NCBI GenBank assembly: GCA_946625945.1
Contig: CAMOTR010000060.1
Coordinates: 6,510 to 70,509 of the forward strand
Length of the DNA: 64,000 nt
Source: an uncultured Lachnospiraceae bacterium
GTDB taxonomy: Bacteria > Bacillota > Clostridia > Lachnospirales > Lachnospiraceae
Direction of reading: 5' to 3'
Notes under the pieces: generated by a model
What the model saw: only the letters and a program-made list of their open reading frames with translations
Databases searched by the model: none
Told to the model about the DNA's origin: nothing
Part shown: piece by piece, positions 17,467 to 26,356 of the stretch
How the letters are laid out: each line of letters starts with the position of its first letter
How positions within the stretch are numbered: the stretch's first letter is position 1
Program-made: the position numbers and the translations under genes

Positions 17467-18669
17467 GTGATTTCATTGCATCTAACACTTGCAACAACTT
17501 ACATGGCGATTCTGACCACAGGTATATTTCTGACTTTTTTGACAGTCTGCCTGCTTCATCGAGGTTTACTGACTCGCTTTGGCTATAAGCTGTTGGCGTT
17601 GTTTGTATTGTTTTCTTTTTTGCGTTTTCTCATACCCATGGAATTTTCTTTTACACAAACAGTTCTCTTACCGCTTGGTGTATCGGATGTTATTGGTTTA
17701 TTACGTCACAGGCTGTTCTTTTTCTTAGGACAGCCTGTCTCTATTTGGCTCTTGTTTGAATACATCTGGGCATTGGGCGCTATCATCGGTATTCTTCATT
17801 ATGCCTTCTCCTGTCTCCGCGCCAGGCATTATATTGTTCTACATGCCAAGGAGTTGACAGACACTGAGCCGTATCGAACAATGATAGCCAACATCTGTAG
17901 AGAGCAGAACCGCCCAAACCATTTTCGGGTCATAGAATTGCCTGGTCTGAATGTCCCTATGCTCTTTGGGATCTTCTCGCCCAAGATTTTAATCCCGGAA
18001 CATCTTCAGCTTTCAGAATCCCATACCTACTACATCCTCCGTCATGAAATGACACATCACTTTCATCATGACTTGATCCTAAAGGGGCTGGTTAAAATCA
18101 TCACATTGATCTACTGGTGGAATCCGCTCTGCATTCTGTTAAATAAACAGACTGATGTAATCTTGGAAATGCGGGTGGATGATTCTCTCACACGTTCGGA
18201 TATCAATCGCACTATTGAATACATGAATTGCCTGATTGATTATGCCACCGATACCGTTCAAAAGGCACCGTTTTCCAAGTCATTTACGATGAGCTTGTTT
18301 GCCAAGAAAGACTCCGATCTGGTAAAGCGCTTCGTGCTAATGTCCAACAACCAGAATAAAACAGATCTACCTTTATCCATTTTGATATGTGGTATTGTTA
18401 CATGTGTTTATCTCTGCTCTTATCTCTTTATTTTTGAAGCAAGCAAACCTCCATCCATGGAAAACTTAGATATTCCGTCTGATTTTAACGATATAGGTCA
18501 ATTACACACAGGTGTAGAAAGTAGTAACTATTTTATAGACAACGGCGACGGAACCTATGATCTGTACTATGGTGGCGTGTACGTAGAGACGACCGATTCC
18601 ACCGAATACTCCTATCCCGGCACACCAATCTACACTCCAGAGAACAGTCCTTATCCAATAACGAAGTAA
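17467..18669 (+). CDS. BlaR1/MecR1-type M56 membrane metalloprotease sensor lacking a penicillin-binding domain
   Basis: LRFLIP, PMLFGIFSPKILIP, HEMTH (HExxH), WWNP, EMRVD, LVKRF. The last TM is followed by only about 77 aa. Confidence 0.88.
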   Translation: MISLHLTLATTYMAILTTGIFLTFLTVCLLHRGLLTRFGYKLLALFVLFSFLRFLIPMEFSFTQTVLLPLGVSDVIGLLRHRLFFFLGQPVSIWLLFEYIWALGAIIGILHYAFSCLRARHYIVLHAKELTDTEPYRTMIANICREQNRPNHFRVIELPGLNVPMLFGIFSPKILIPEHLQLSESHTYYILRHEMTHHFHHDLILKGLVKIITLIYWWNPLCILLNKQTDVILEMRVDDSLTRSDINRTIEYMNCLIDYATDTVQKAPFSKSFTMSLFAKKDSDLVKRFVLMSNNQNKTDLPLSILICGIVTCVYLCSYLFIFEASKPPSMENLDIPSDFNDIGQLHTGVESSNYFIDNGDGTYDLYYGGVYVETTDSTEYSYPGTPIYTPENSPYPITK

Positions 18670-18700
18670 ATAGACCGCCAAAACAGTCTAAAAAACCGAG

Positions 18701-18732
18701 AGGGGCATGATAGCCGCGGCTATCATGCCCCT
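18701..18732. repeat. Perfect 32-bp palindrome between convergent genes (possible terminator or processing stem)
   Basis: AGGGGCATGATAGCCG|CGGCTATCATGCCCCT with no loop. Confidence 0.8.
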
Positions 18733-18741
18733 TCATGGTGC

Positions 18742-19650
18742 TCATAAAAGACCCTTTTTCCTTTCCATCACCTCAGCAAAAACCTTTTTCTCGTTATACT
18801 CCGGAGAAAAATCTTTAGCTGCTTCACAGATCAATTGGATCTCAGCAATATCCTCCTCCAACTCCTCTGCAATCGTTTCCATATCCTTCCCCTTCCGCAG
18901 CTTCCTGCAGACCAAGGTGACTAATTTAAAATCCTGTCCTTCTACTCTTCCTTCTGCTCTTCCTTCATCCCTGACATACGCATCCTCCGCAGCCCGGTCT
19001 CTCCTTGCTTTCTGACTCTGCACCCAATACCAGCTTGGCGATCTTTCAATACCCAATTTCTCCAATACTTCTACCGCCTTCGCGATCCCTGCATTTCGAT
19101 CCAGTTTTTTCACCATCGCCAGCTCCTCCTTTGTCTCTGCATTAAATAGCCGGATCCAGCCATTCACCGGGCTTTCCTCCGTCAAATCCTTGCACAGTTC
19201 AATGATATGCACCTCCAAAAGATCCGTGAACTCTTCGCCGTCCTGATCCCTCAAGGTGTAAATAGAGTGATACTTCTTTCCCGGCAGCAGTTTAAAATCC
19301 AGGATACTGATCGTGATACTTTTTTTCAGTTTATCATAATCCTCCCCGGTCCACAACTCATCCGCATACAAATGAGACAGATAAAACAGATTCCGCTTAA
19401 TCCAGAATTTCTGGTTTTTCAACTGAACCTCGATATCAATCCAGGTATCATCATTCAGCGTGAGCGCCAGATCCAGTATCCCTTGTTTCTGCTTCCTCGT
19501 CCGTTTCCGCAAAATCGGTGACACGATCCTGACAGACCGGATGGTTTTAAGCGGTATCCCTGTCACATCACTGATAAACTGTTTTCTGACAGCCGCTACG
19601 CCAAATACTTCCCGAAACGCGAACTCGTCTTTTTTTAATGATACAAACAC
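18742..19650 (-). CDS. Rpn family recombination-promoting nuclease / putative transposase (PD-(D/E)XK)
   Basis: FAFREVFG, GILD...IDIEVQ, RNLFY, ITISILDF, HIIEL, EGRAEGRVEG tetrad repeats. GTG start behind AGGAGG. Confidence 0.88.
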   Translation of the reverse strand: MFVSLKKDEFAFREVFGVAAVRKQFISDVTGIPLKTIRSVRIVSPILRKRTRKQKQGILDLALTLNDDTWIDIEVQLKNQKFWIKRNLFYLSHLYADELWTGEDYDKLKKSITISILDFKLLPGKKYHSIYTLRDQDGEEFTDLLEVHIIELCKDLTEESPVNGWIRLFNAETKEELAMVKKLDRNAGIAKAVEVLEKLGIERSPSWYWVQSQKARRDRAAEDAYVRDEGRAEGRVEGQDFKLVTLVCRKLRKGKDMETIAEELEEDIAEIQLICEAAKDFSPEYNEKKVFAEVMERKKGLL

Positions 19651-19653
19651 CTT

Positions 19654-19674
19654 ACCTCCTCTTCCGCAGGAGGT
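19654..19674 (-). promoter_or_regulatory. Anti-Shine-Dalgarno hairpin over the rpn RBS
   Basis: mRNA sense ACCUCCU-GCGGAAG-AGGAGGU; the 3' arm is the SD. Confidence 0.6.
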
Positions 19675-19832
19675 TCCGAATTACCTTGGCATTCACAATT
19701 CCTTTTACCTTTCCCTCGCTCTGCCTCTTTCGGAACTCTCTGCTTTTCACTTTTCATGGGATTAAAAGCATAGATTTCCGAAAACACAGATTCGTCAGAT
19801 ATGACATTTAGAAATTGTTATGCTTTGTGTTT

Positions 19833-19860
19833 ATTGTATCATCACCGCGATAAATGTCAA
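19833..19860 (-). promoter_or_regulatory. Sigma-A promoter for rpn
   Basis: Minus strand TTGACA-16 bp-TACAAT with an extended -10 TG. Confidence 0.65.
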
Positions 19861-19868
19861 GCCCCAAA

Positions 19869-21527
19869 TTATTTCTCATAGTATCTCCCCAGCCCCAACA
19901 GCACGAACATGGTCGCCGTGCCGATGGATTGCTGGAAGCTCCACACATTGTTGACGGAAAGCGCCAGCACGCCCAGCGCGCAGGCCGCCGCCCTCGGATT
20001 CAGATCCTGCATTCTGCAAAACAGATCCCGCTTCCAGAACAGCGCCAGCATCCCACCGTAGGTGACGGCGCCCAATAATCCTTGATTTACCAGCATTGTC
20101 AGCAGTTCGCAGTGAGCATTGGTCAGCCGCATGCCCTCAAAGACCTGATCCGCCACGCCGGCCAGCCCCCTTGCAATTCCCTGCTCCGAATACAAATATT
20201 CCGCCATACAGTCCGGGCCCACACCCACCAGCTTATGGAGGAAATCCTGCCCGGCAAAGCACTGAAGTCCCAGCGGCCAGGTTGCGCCCCGATGGTGCCC
20301 CCAGTCATAGTCGAACCGAAAAATCCCAAACTTTGAGAGGAATCCGATACTGCCCGGATGCATGGTGTTGGCTGCGATCAGGCAGACAGCGCCCAGAAAA
20401 GCCACCCCCACTGCCCCTGCCAGCAGAATTGCCAGCTTTTCAAAAAACTCCGGCGCCGTTTTCCGGTCGGCGCTCTTTTCCTGTAGAAAACGGTTATACA
20501 ACAGCCCGCCCAGCCCGGCGCCAAGCACCAACAGAGAAAGCGGACCGCAAAGCAGATCTCCCAAGCCCAGTTCAAAATTCATCTCCGCAGAAAACACCAC
20601 CTGAATCATCCAGGTAAAGACACAGGCGCCCCCCAGGAGCAGCACCACCAGCCAGAACCGGTGCAGTCTGTCAAAATCCCGCCCATAGAGCGACCTGCAG
20701 AACAGAAACAATAACGTTCCGCACATGGCGACGATGCCGCTGTCGCTCCCCTGTGTAACCAGCGCCGCGAATCCCGTAAACAGATAAAGCAACCACAGGA
20801 TCATCCCGGATCGTTTTTCACCCTGTCCCAGCCAGAACAGTCCCACCGCCGTGAACAGAACAGCCAGCATATAACTGCAGAACCAATTGATATTACCCAC
20901 CGTGGAAATATAAATCGGCAACCCGGAGTTCTCCATCTGCAGCGGCCAGATATCAAAGCGATTCAGAAATCCCAGTACAAATGTGATCGCAGAGACTGGA
21001 AAGGCCGGAAATAAAAGCCACTGCCCCAGCTTTTCAAATTCAAACCGGGACAGCAGAAAGTACGAGCTCACCAGGATCAGCTGCGTCCCCATGCCCATGT
21101 ACCAACCCTTGATGCCCCAGAGCGCAGTTTCCCGGTATTCGGAGCATGCGTACGAAATTACCGTGCCAACCGCAAACAGCACGGCCAAAGTATCCATTGC
21201 CGAAATCTTTTTTCCTCCGACTGCATGCCGTTCACCGACCGCATCCCGCCTGCCGACCGCATCCCGGATCCGGCAGACCGACCATACTGCAATAAGTGGC
21301 AGCAAAATCCAGCCCAGACGCACTCCGCAGGTCCGCAGCAGGTAAGATTTATCGCTTCCGATATGGGTATACCCCTCCTGAAAATACAGTGGCATGACCA
21401 CCAGGATCAGAGCGATCCAGATGCAGGAGCACAGTTTCAAAGCGTAGGTCAGAATCATACCCAAATCAAATGCGGCCGTCGGATCCTCTTTTTTCTTTTG
21501 CAGATTCTTTGTTTTATTTGCAGCCAT
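19869..21527 (-). CDS. O-antigen ligase-like (Wzy_C/WaaL family) membrane protein
   Basis: STVGNIN, RGATW, LVGVGPD, NAHCELLTMLVNQGLLG; many TMs. Confidence 0.75.
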   Translation of the reverse strand: MAANKTKNLQKKKEDPTAAFDLGMILTYALKLCSCIWIALILVVMPLYFQEGYTHIGSDKSYLLRTCGVRLGWILLPLIAVWSVCRIRDAVGRRDAVGERHAVGGKKISAMDTLAVLFAVGTVISYACSEYRETALWGIKGWYMGMGTQLILVSSYFLLSRFEFEKLGQWLLFPAFPVSAITFVLGFLNRFDIWPLQMENSGLPIYISTVGNINWFCSYMLAVLFTAVGLFWLGQGEKRSGMILWLLYLFTGFAALVTQGSDSGIVAMCGTLLFLFCRSLYGRDFDRLHRFWLVVLLLGGACVFTWMIQVVFSAEMNFELGLGDLLCGPLSLLVLGAGLGGLLYNRFLQEKSADRKTAPEFFEKLAILLAGAVGVAFLGAVCLIAANTMHPGSIGFLSKFGIFRFDYDWGHHRGATWPLGLQCFAGQDFLHKLVGVGPDCMAEYLYSEQGIARGLAGVADQVFEGMRLTNAHCELLTMLVNQGLLGAVTYGGMLALFWKRDLFCRMQDLNPRAAACALGVLALSVNNVWSFQQSIGTATMFVLLGLGRYYEK

Positions 21528-21541
21528 CCCTCGATGTCCCT

Positions 21542-22540
21542 CTACGACAATTTTTTTATCTTCCGGTGCAGTTTTCGAATTCCTCTGGGCGCGATCACAA
21601 ACAGCGTCAGATATAGCTTATTTTTCATGGTCAGATAAGGATTCCGGATCCCCTTCCACCAGTCTCTGCGCAGTCTCCGCACTACCTGCATGTAAAAATC
21701 ATTTTCCCGGTTCATTTGACGGATCGGCACATGCAGCATATAATCCAACCGCTGAAAAATACCAAACCGAACCGCGATGGTATGCAGATCCCGCTCTGAG
21801 GCATTAATACCCGCAAGCACCATGTCCGCATTCCAGATGTTATCCTCGTACACTCGGGAGAGCTGCTCCTTATCCGCCTTTCTGGAATTGCTGTTCATGC
21901 GGTAAAACACATGATACGCCTGCCCCGGCAGTGACACCACCGTTCCGATCTCGGGCAGGATCTCCACCAGAAAGTGAAAGTCCTCATTGAGCGCCCCCAC
22001 AGGAAACTGCCTGCCCTCCAACACGTCCCTCCGGAACAGCTTGGTACAAAAAGAGCAGTCCCCCTTGTGCAGCAACAATTCTCTCAAGAAATCCCTGTGT
22101 CCGATCAGGGTATCTTTCTCCGGCGGAATACAGATATCCGGCAGTCGATTCCCCTGTTCATCCACCTCGTCCCTGCCGATTTGCACGACACTTGCGTCAT
22201 ATTTCTGCGTCCCGCGCCACAGCCGCTCATACATATCTGGCGCAATATAGTCGTCACTGTCCACAAAGCCGATATAGGCTCCTTCTGCTTTCTGCAGTCC
22301 CAGATTCCTGGCTGTGGAAGAACCTCCGTTTTCTTTGTGAAACACTTTGATCCGGCGGTCTTTTGTGACATATTTGTCGCACATCTCTCCCGTCCCGTCC
22401 GTGGAACCGTCGTCGATCAACAGAATCTCCAGATTGGAATAGGTCTGCGCGCAGACAGAATCCACACAACGGGCAAGATATGCTTTTGTATTGTACACCG
22501 GCACGATCACGCTGATCAGCGGTTGATTCCCATTTTGCAT
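21542..22540 (-). CDS. GT2 glycosyltransferase
   Basis: ISVIVPVYN, DDGSTD, ARNLGL, FVDSDD, ED. Confidence 0.92.
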   Translation of the reverse strand: MQNGNQPLISVIVPVYNTKAYLARCVDSVCAQTYSNLEILLIDDGSTDGTGEMCDKYVTKDRRIKVFHKENGGSSTARNLGLQKAEGAYIGFVDSDDYIAPDMYERLWRGTQKYDASVVQIGRDEVDEQGNRLPDICIPPEKDTLIGHRDFLRELLLHKGDCSFCTKLFRRDVLEGRQFPVGALNEDFHFLVEILPEIGTVVSLPGQAYHVFYRMNSNSRKADKEQLSRVYEDNIWNADMVLAGINASERDLHTIAVRFGIFQRLDYMLHVPIRQMNRENDFYMQVVRRLRRDWWKGIRNPYLTMKNKLYLTLFVIAPRGIRKLHRKIKKLS

Positions 22541-25161
22541 AACATCTTCCTCTCACTGATGACTTCCGCCACAGAACAGGGACCATCCTGAAAGCGGACA
22601 CCACCGTCCGGGGCACCGGGATTATCCTGCGTGCAAGAACCGCTCTGCGCACATTCAAGCCCCGCAGCCAGCTCTAAAAGACGCTCTGCCGCATTCTCCG
22701 CGTTCCACACTTCCGTGATCGTGCGATAAGCCTCCCTGCCCAGCTTCTGACAACGCGCCCGATCCGCCAGGAGCATTTCCACCTGTCGGAAGAGCTCCGA
22801 GGACTTCCCGTCCGGGTAGACACATCCGTTCTCCCCGGGCCGGATCAGATAGGGCACCGCCCCCATCATATGATCCGCCACCACAGCGCATCCGCTGTTC
22901 ATGGCCTCATTGATCACAGCGCCCCAGCCTTCCTTCCGGTCGCTGGTGGCAAGATAGATATCCGTCTGCTCCATCAGGCGACGCACTTCATCCGGCGTCC
23001 GATACCCCAGGAGCGTCACCACATCCGAAAGCCCATATTGCTCCATCAGGCGATCCACCAAAGGCTGCAGATTGCCGCCGCCTACGATGTTCATATGAAA
23101 ACTGCATTCCTTCTCCTTCAAGTACTTTGCGCACAGCAAAGGCAGCTCCGGATGCTTCCAGTCCAGGAATCGCGCTGCCCATAAAATGCTGCCTGCCTTT
23201 TTGTCACGCATCAGGCGATCCGGATCATAGTGCTTCGTCTCCGGAAAATATCCCCAGCGGAACATTTTTTGCGGATACGCCCGCACAATGTGAAAATCCG
23301 ACGGCACGTAAGCCCCGGCGCAGAGCAGGTACACAGGTGCCTTGCGATAACGGGTATGGTCGTGATACTTTTTCAGGAGACCTCTGGGGGAAACCGCCTT
23401 CCACTGCCCCTCCTTGTACAGGCGCTCGCTGTATCGTATGACCGGCTTGCCGCTCTGCAGCCTCGCCTCGATATAACGCTCCTCATCCACACCCCCGAAA
23501 AGCACCGTCTGCGCCCGCAGAATCAGACCGTCACAACTTTCCGGCTCCTCATAATAATACTTTACATAGGGCAGTTCAACCTCGTCCTGCCATCCCATGC
23601 GAATCCGTTCCTCCTCCATGGGCTCTGTCTGGATAAAATAAAAGTTCTCCCCCAGCCGTTCATACAGGGCGTTACAGAATGGGATCTGATGGTGATTGAT
23701 ATAATTCGACACAAACACAAACAATCCGCCGGCGCCCATGTCTGCCGGTTCCCCGGGCACTGACTCCCCGGACGCTGCTTTCTTGGCCGCAAGCTCCCCG
23801 GCCGCGATCTGCTTGTAGATCTCCACCAGCCTCTGATAATTGACCTGCGGATCATGGGTAACCAGCGCATGCTTCCTTGCATGCTCCGTATATTGCTTCT
23901 GCTTCTCCGGATCACGAAACATCCGGATCACCGCATCCGCCAGATTTCGGGCATTCTCCTCCAGCCCGGATCCACGGTACAGGATCCCGTCTTCTCCGCC
24001 GGTGAAAATACTGCTGATGCCGCCCACATCCGCGCTGACACAGGGCATCCCCAAAAGCATCGCCTCCCCCAGCGAATTGGGAGAGTTCTCAATGGAAGAA
24101 CAGCACACAAAAAGATGCCTCTTCAGATACTGCTGCTTCATCTGCTCCGCGGAAAGCCGCCCCAGAAAGTGTACACACTCCCAAAGCTGCCCCTGCTGCA
24201 TCAGCTTCCGCAGATACTTCCCATAGGCAGATATTTTCATGCGTTTTATGACGCTCCCGTCACCTATTACACTGTTGCCCGCCACATATACCTGTACATC
24301 CGGAAATTCCTCCCGGATCCGCGGCAGCGCTAGTAGCATATAATGCAATCCTTTGATCGGATAGTCTCCCTGGCTCAAAAAGATCGAGTGCGGTTCACAT
24401 TTCTCCTGCTCCCATTGCTCCGTATAAAAATCCGCTCGAAGTGTCTCGTTCATCTTAAAATAGCGGGCATCCGGATTCCACGCAGAGGTATAATAGCGAT
24501 CCCACGTGGTTCTACCGGTTACATTTCCCGCCAATGCAACAGCCTCCTGTTCCATCGCGCCTCTCAGTGCGAATTTTTTTTGCTGCCTGGGCAGCGTGTC
24601 CCGCTTTAACACATCCCGCAGCGTTGCCGTGTGAATCACTGTATCCGGCAGATCGGCAAAATATGCATCCGCATACACCTTGCACAGTCCCTGAATGCCG
24701 ATCAGGACGCGATTCCTGTCCGGCACAGCGCGACACATCGCCAGCGTGTGGGGGTATTCCGTTCCAAAGCAATGCACCACATCCGGTTCCGTGCGGTACA
24801 CAATATAATACAGCGGCAGCTCAAGATTCTCCATAAATTCCGGTACTGCCCCATAATAAGCATGCGGATTTACCGTGTCCTCCCGGAACGCAAACCAGTC
24901 CAAAGAGGCTCCGTCTCTTGTCAGTCTGCCCTGATAAATGACATATCCGTCATACAAATGACGTTCCGCACCATATTGTTCCGCGCCGGCCAGATCCTCC
25001 GCCACCGGAAACGCCACCGCCAAAGCGATGTCATTCTCCGCCTGATGTTTCAGGCAGACTTCCGCCAATCCGGACAGCCAGCCTTCCTTGTTGTTGATCT
25101 CCCTATGAAGTTGTTCTGCGATCATGGGCAGCATGATATTGCACAGCCACAGTACCCGCAT
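22516..25161 (-). CDS. Tandem GT4-GT4 fusion glycosyltransferase
   Basis: Two GT-B units, each with an EX7E motif (ENSPNSLGE and EGWGAVINE), joined by an Ala/Gly/Pro linker. Confidence 0.85.
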   Translation of the reverse strand: MRVLWLCNIMLPMIAEQLHREINNKEGWLSGLAEVCLKHQAENDIALAVAFPVAEDLAGAEQYGAERHLYDGYVIYQGRLTRDGASLDWFAFREDTVNPHAYYGAVPEFMENLELPLYYIVYRTEPDVVHCFGTEYPHTLAMCRAVPDRNRVLIGIQGLCKVYADAYFADLPDTVIHTATLRDVLKRDTLPRQQKKFALRGAMEQEAVALAGNVTGRTTWDRYYTSAWNPDARYFKMNETLRADFYTEQWEQEKCEPHSIFLSQGDYPIKGLHYMLLALPRIREEFPDVQVYVAGNSVIGDGSVIKRMKISAYGKYLRKLMQQGQLWECVHFLGRLSAEQMKQQYLKRHLFVCCSSIENSPNSLGEAMLLGMPCVSADVGGISSIFTGGEDGILYRGSGLEENARNLADAVIRMFRDPEKQKQYTEHARKHALVTHDPQVNYQRLVEIYKQIAAGELAAKKAASGESVPGEPADMGAGGLFVFVSNYINHHQIPFCNALYERLGENFYFIQTEPMEEERIRMGWQDEVELPYVKYYYEEPESCDGLILRAQTVLFGGVDEERYIEARLQSGKPVIRYSERLYKEGQWKAVSPRGLLKKYHDHTRYRKAPVYLLCAGAYVPSDFHIVRAYPQKMFRWGYFPETKHYDPDRLMRDKKAGSILWAARFLDWKHPELPLLCAKYLKEKECSFHMNIVGGGNLQPLVDRLMEQYGLSDVVTLLGYRTPDEVRRLMEQTDIYLATSDRKEGWGAVINEAMNSGCAVVADHMMGAVPYLIRPGENGCVYPDGKSSELFRQVEMLLADRARCQKLGREAYRTITEVWNAENAAERLLELAAGLECAQSGSCTQDNPGAPDGGVRFQDGPCSVAEVISERKMLCKMGINR

Positions 25162-25182
25162 ACCTTATTCCTCTCTTTATAC

Positions 25183-26349
25183 TCAGTTAAAGATCCAATT
25201 CAAATACGGCAGCAGCCTGATATCCGTCGCATACATCCCCTTCAGCAGCACCGCAAAATAACAGACAAACGCTCCGATCACGCCCACATAGCATAACCTT
25301 CTCAACCACTTGACATCTATGTCATAAACCAATGCCGGTAACAGGAAGATCTGGGATACGATCAGATAATATCCCACCCTGGACACCTCCGGGATAAAGC
25401 TTCCGCAGGGATACACCACCAACGCCATCCCGTTCAGATAAAAATAAAACCGGTTCGCAACGTTTTGCCGGTCTGCTCCCACCAGACTTCTTTTATAACA
25501 GATTCCACACAGCGCCAGCGTACCCGCGCATTTCAACACATTGACCCAGGAAATATGCCCCGTATCAAAAGCAGAATCCCGATAGAACGGATAGAACGTA
25601 AACGCGATCTCCCGGTAAAAATTCGGAAAACAAAACAGACTGGCAACCCCCAGAGCGCCCACAGCCAGGTGCCACTTCTTTAGCTTCCCCTTCGCCAGAA
25701 CATACGCCGCCAGATACGCCGGGATCACCAGCAAAATTGATTTATGAAACACCGCACCAAACAAGATCCAGAGCACAAATTTTCCGAACTCTTCCCGCAA
25801 CACATACTGCATGGCATACAGCGCGATGGCTAAGGCCAGATAATACCGCACCGTATTTAAGCTGTTAAAATAATAACCTCCGGTCATCAGCAGAAACAAC
25901 GAAAAAGCATAATGCACCGCCTGCCCGTGCAGCGCCCTCACGAAAAACCACACTGTGAGCAGGGAAAACAGCGCAAAGATCGGCAGATAATTGTCGTAGC
26001 CAAACAGCTGCTGCATCCACTTGACGATCAAATTAAATCCGATCTCCGAGGAAACATGCCGCTCCTGAGCGATCAGGCGGAAATTAAAACGATACACCCA
26101 ATAGTCATTGCCTACGGCAATCCTACAAGCCGACACTCCTGTCAGAAGGCAAAAAATCGCAAACTCTGCCACACTGCTCCGGGCGTACCCCCTGCTGCCG
26201 GGAATCGCCCCCAAAGCCCTGCCACTGCCCGCTCCCGCCGAGCCTGCCCCCGGAGCCGTCGTCTGCCACTGCACAAAGCTCTGCACAAAAAACGCCAGCA
26301 AAACCGTTACAATTGTAAGCGTAATATACACCAACGCACTGCTCTCCAT
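25183..26349 (-). CDS. EpsG-family polysaccharide polymerase (Wzy)
   Basis: R-x3-GNDY, EIGF, NTVRYY, FHKS motifs; about 10 TMs. Confidence 0.8.
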   Translation of the reverse strand: MESSALVYITLTIVTVLLAFFVQSFVQWQTTAPGAGSAGAGSGRALGAIPGSRGYARSSVAEFAIFCLLTGVSACRIAVGNDYWVYRFNFRLIAQERHVSSEIGFNLIVKWMQQLFGYDNYLPIFALFSLLTVWFFVRALHGQAVHYAFSLFLLMTGGYYFNSLNTVRYYLALAIALYAMQYVLREEFGKFVLWILFGAVFHKSILLVIPAYLAAYVLAKGKLKKWHLAVGALGVASLFCFPNFYREIAFTFYPFYRDSAFDTGHISWVNVLKCAGTLALCGICYKRSLVGADRQNVANRFYFYLNGMALVVYPCGSFIPEVSRVGYYLIVSQIFLLPALVYDIDVKWLRRLCYVGVIGAFVCYFAVLLKGMYATDIRLLPYLNWIFN

Positions 26350-26356
26350 GCTTTTC

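Noticed and set aside
17063-18669. Beta-lactam resistance (blaI-blaR1) or copper (copY) locus
   Set aside because: No penicillin-binding sensor domain, beta-lactamase or PBP; no C-terminal CxC copper motif or copper ATPase.
18742-19650. rpn as an IS element or transposon
   Set aside because: No terminal inverted repeats or target duplication seen, and the family is not shown to transpose.
19635-19757. 40-codon upstream ORF crossing the rpn anti-SD hairpin
   Set aside because: No SD and no recognisable product. It could allow translational coupling but is unsupported without ribosome profiling.
19791-19797. 0A-box match upstream of rpn
   Set aside because: An isolated degenerate 7-mer, expected by chance.
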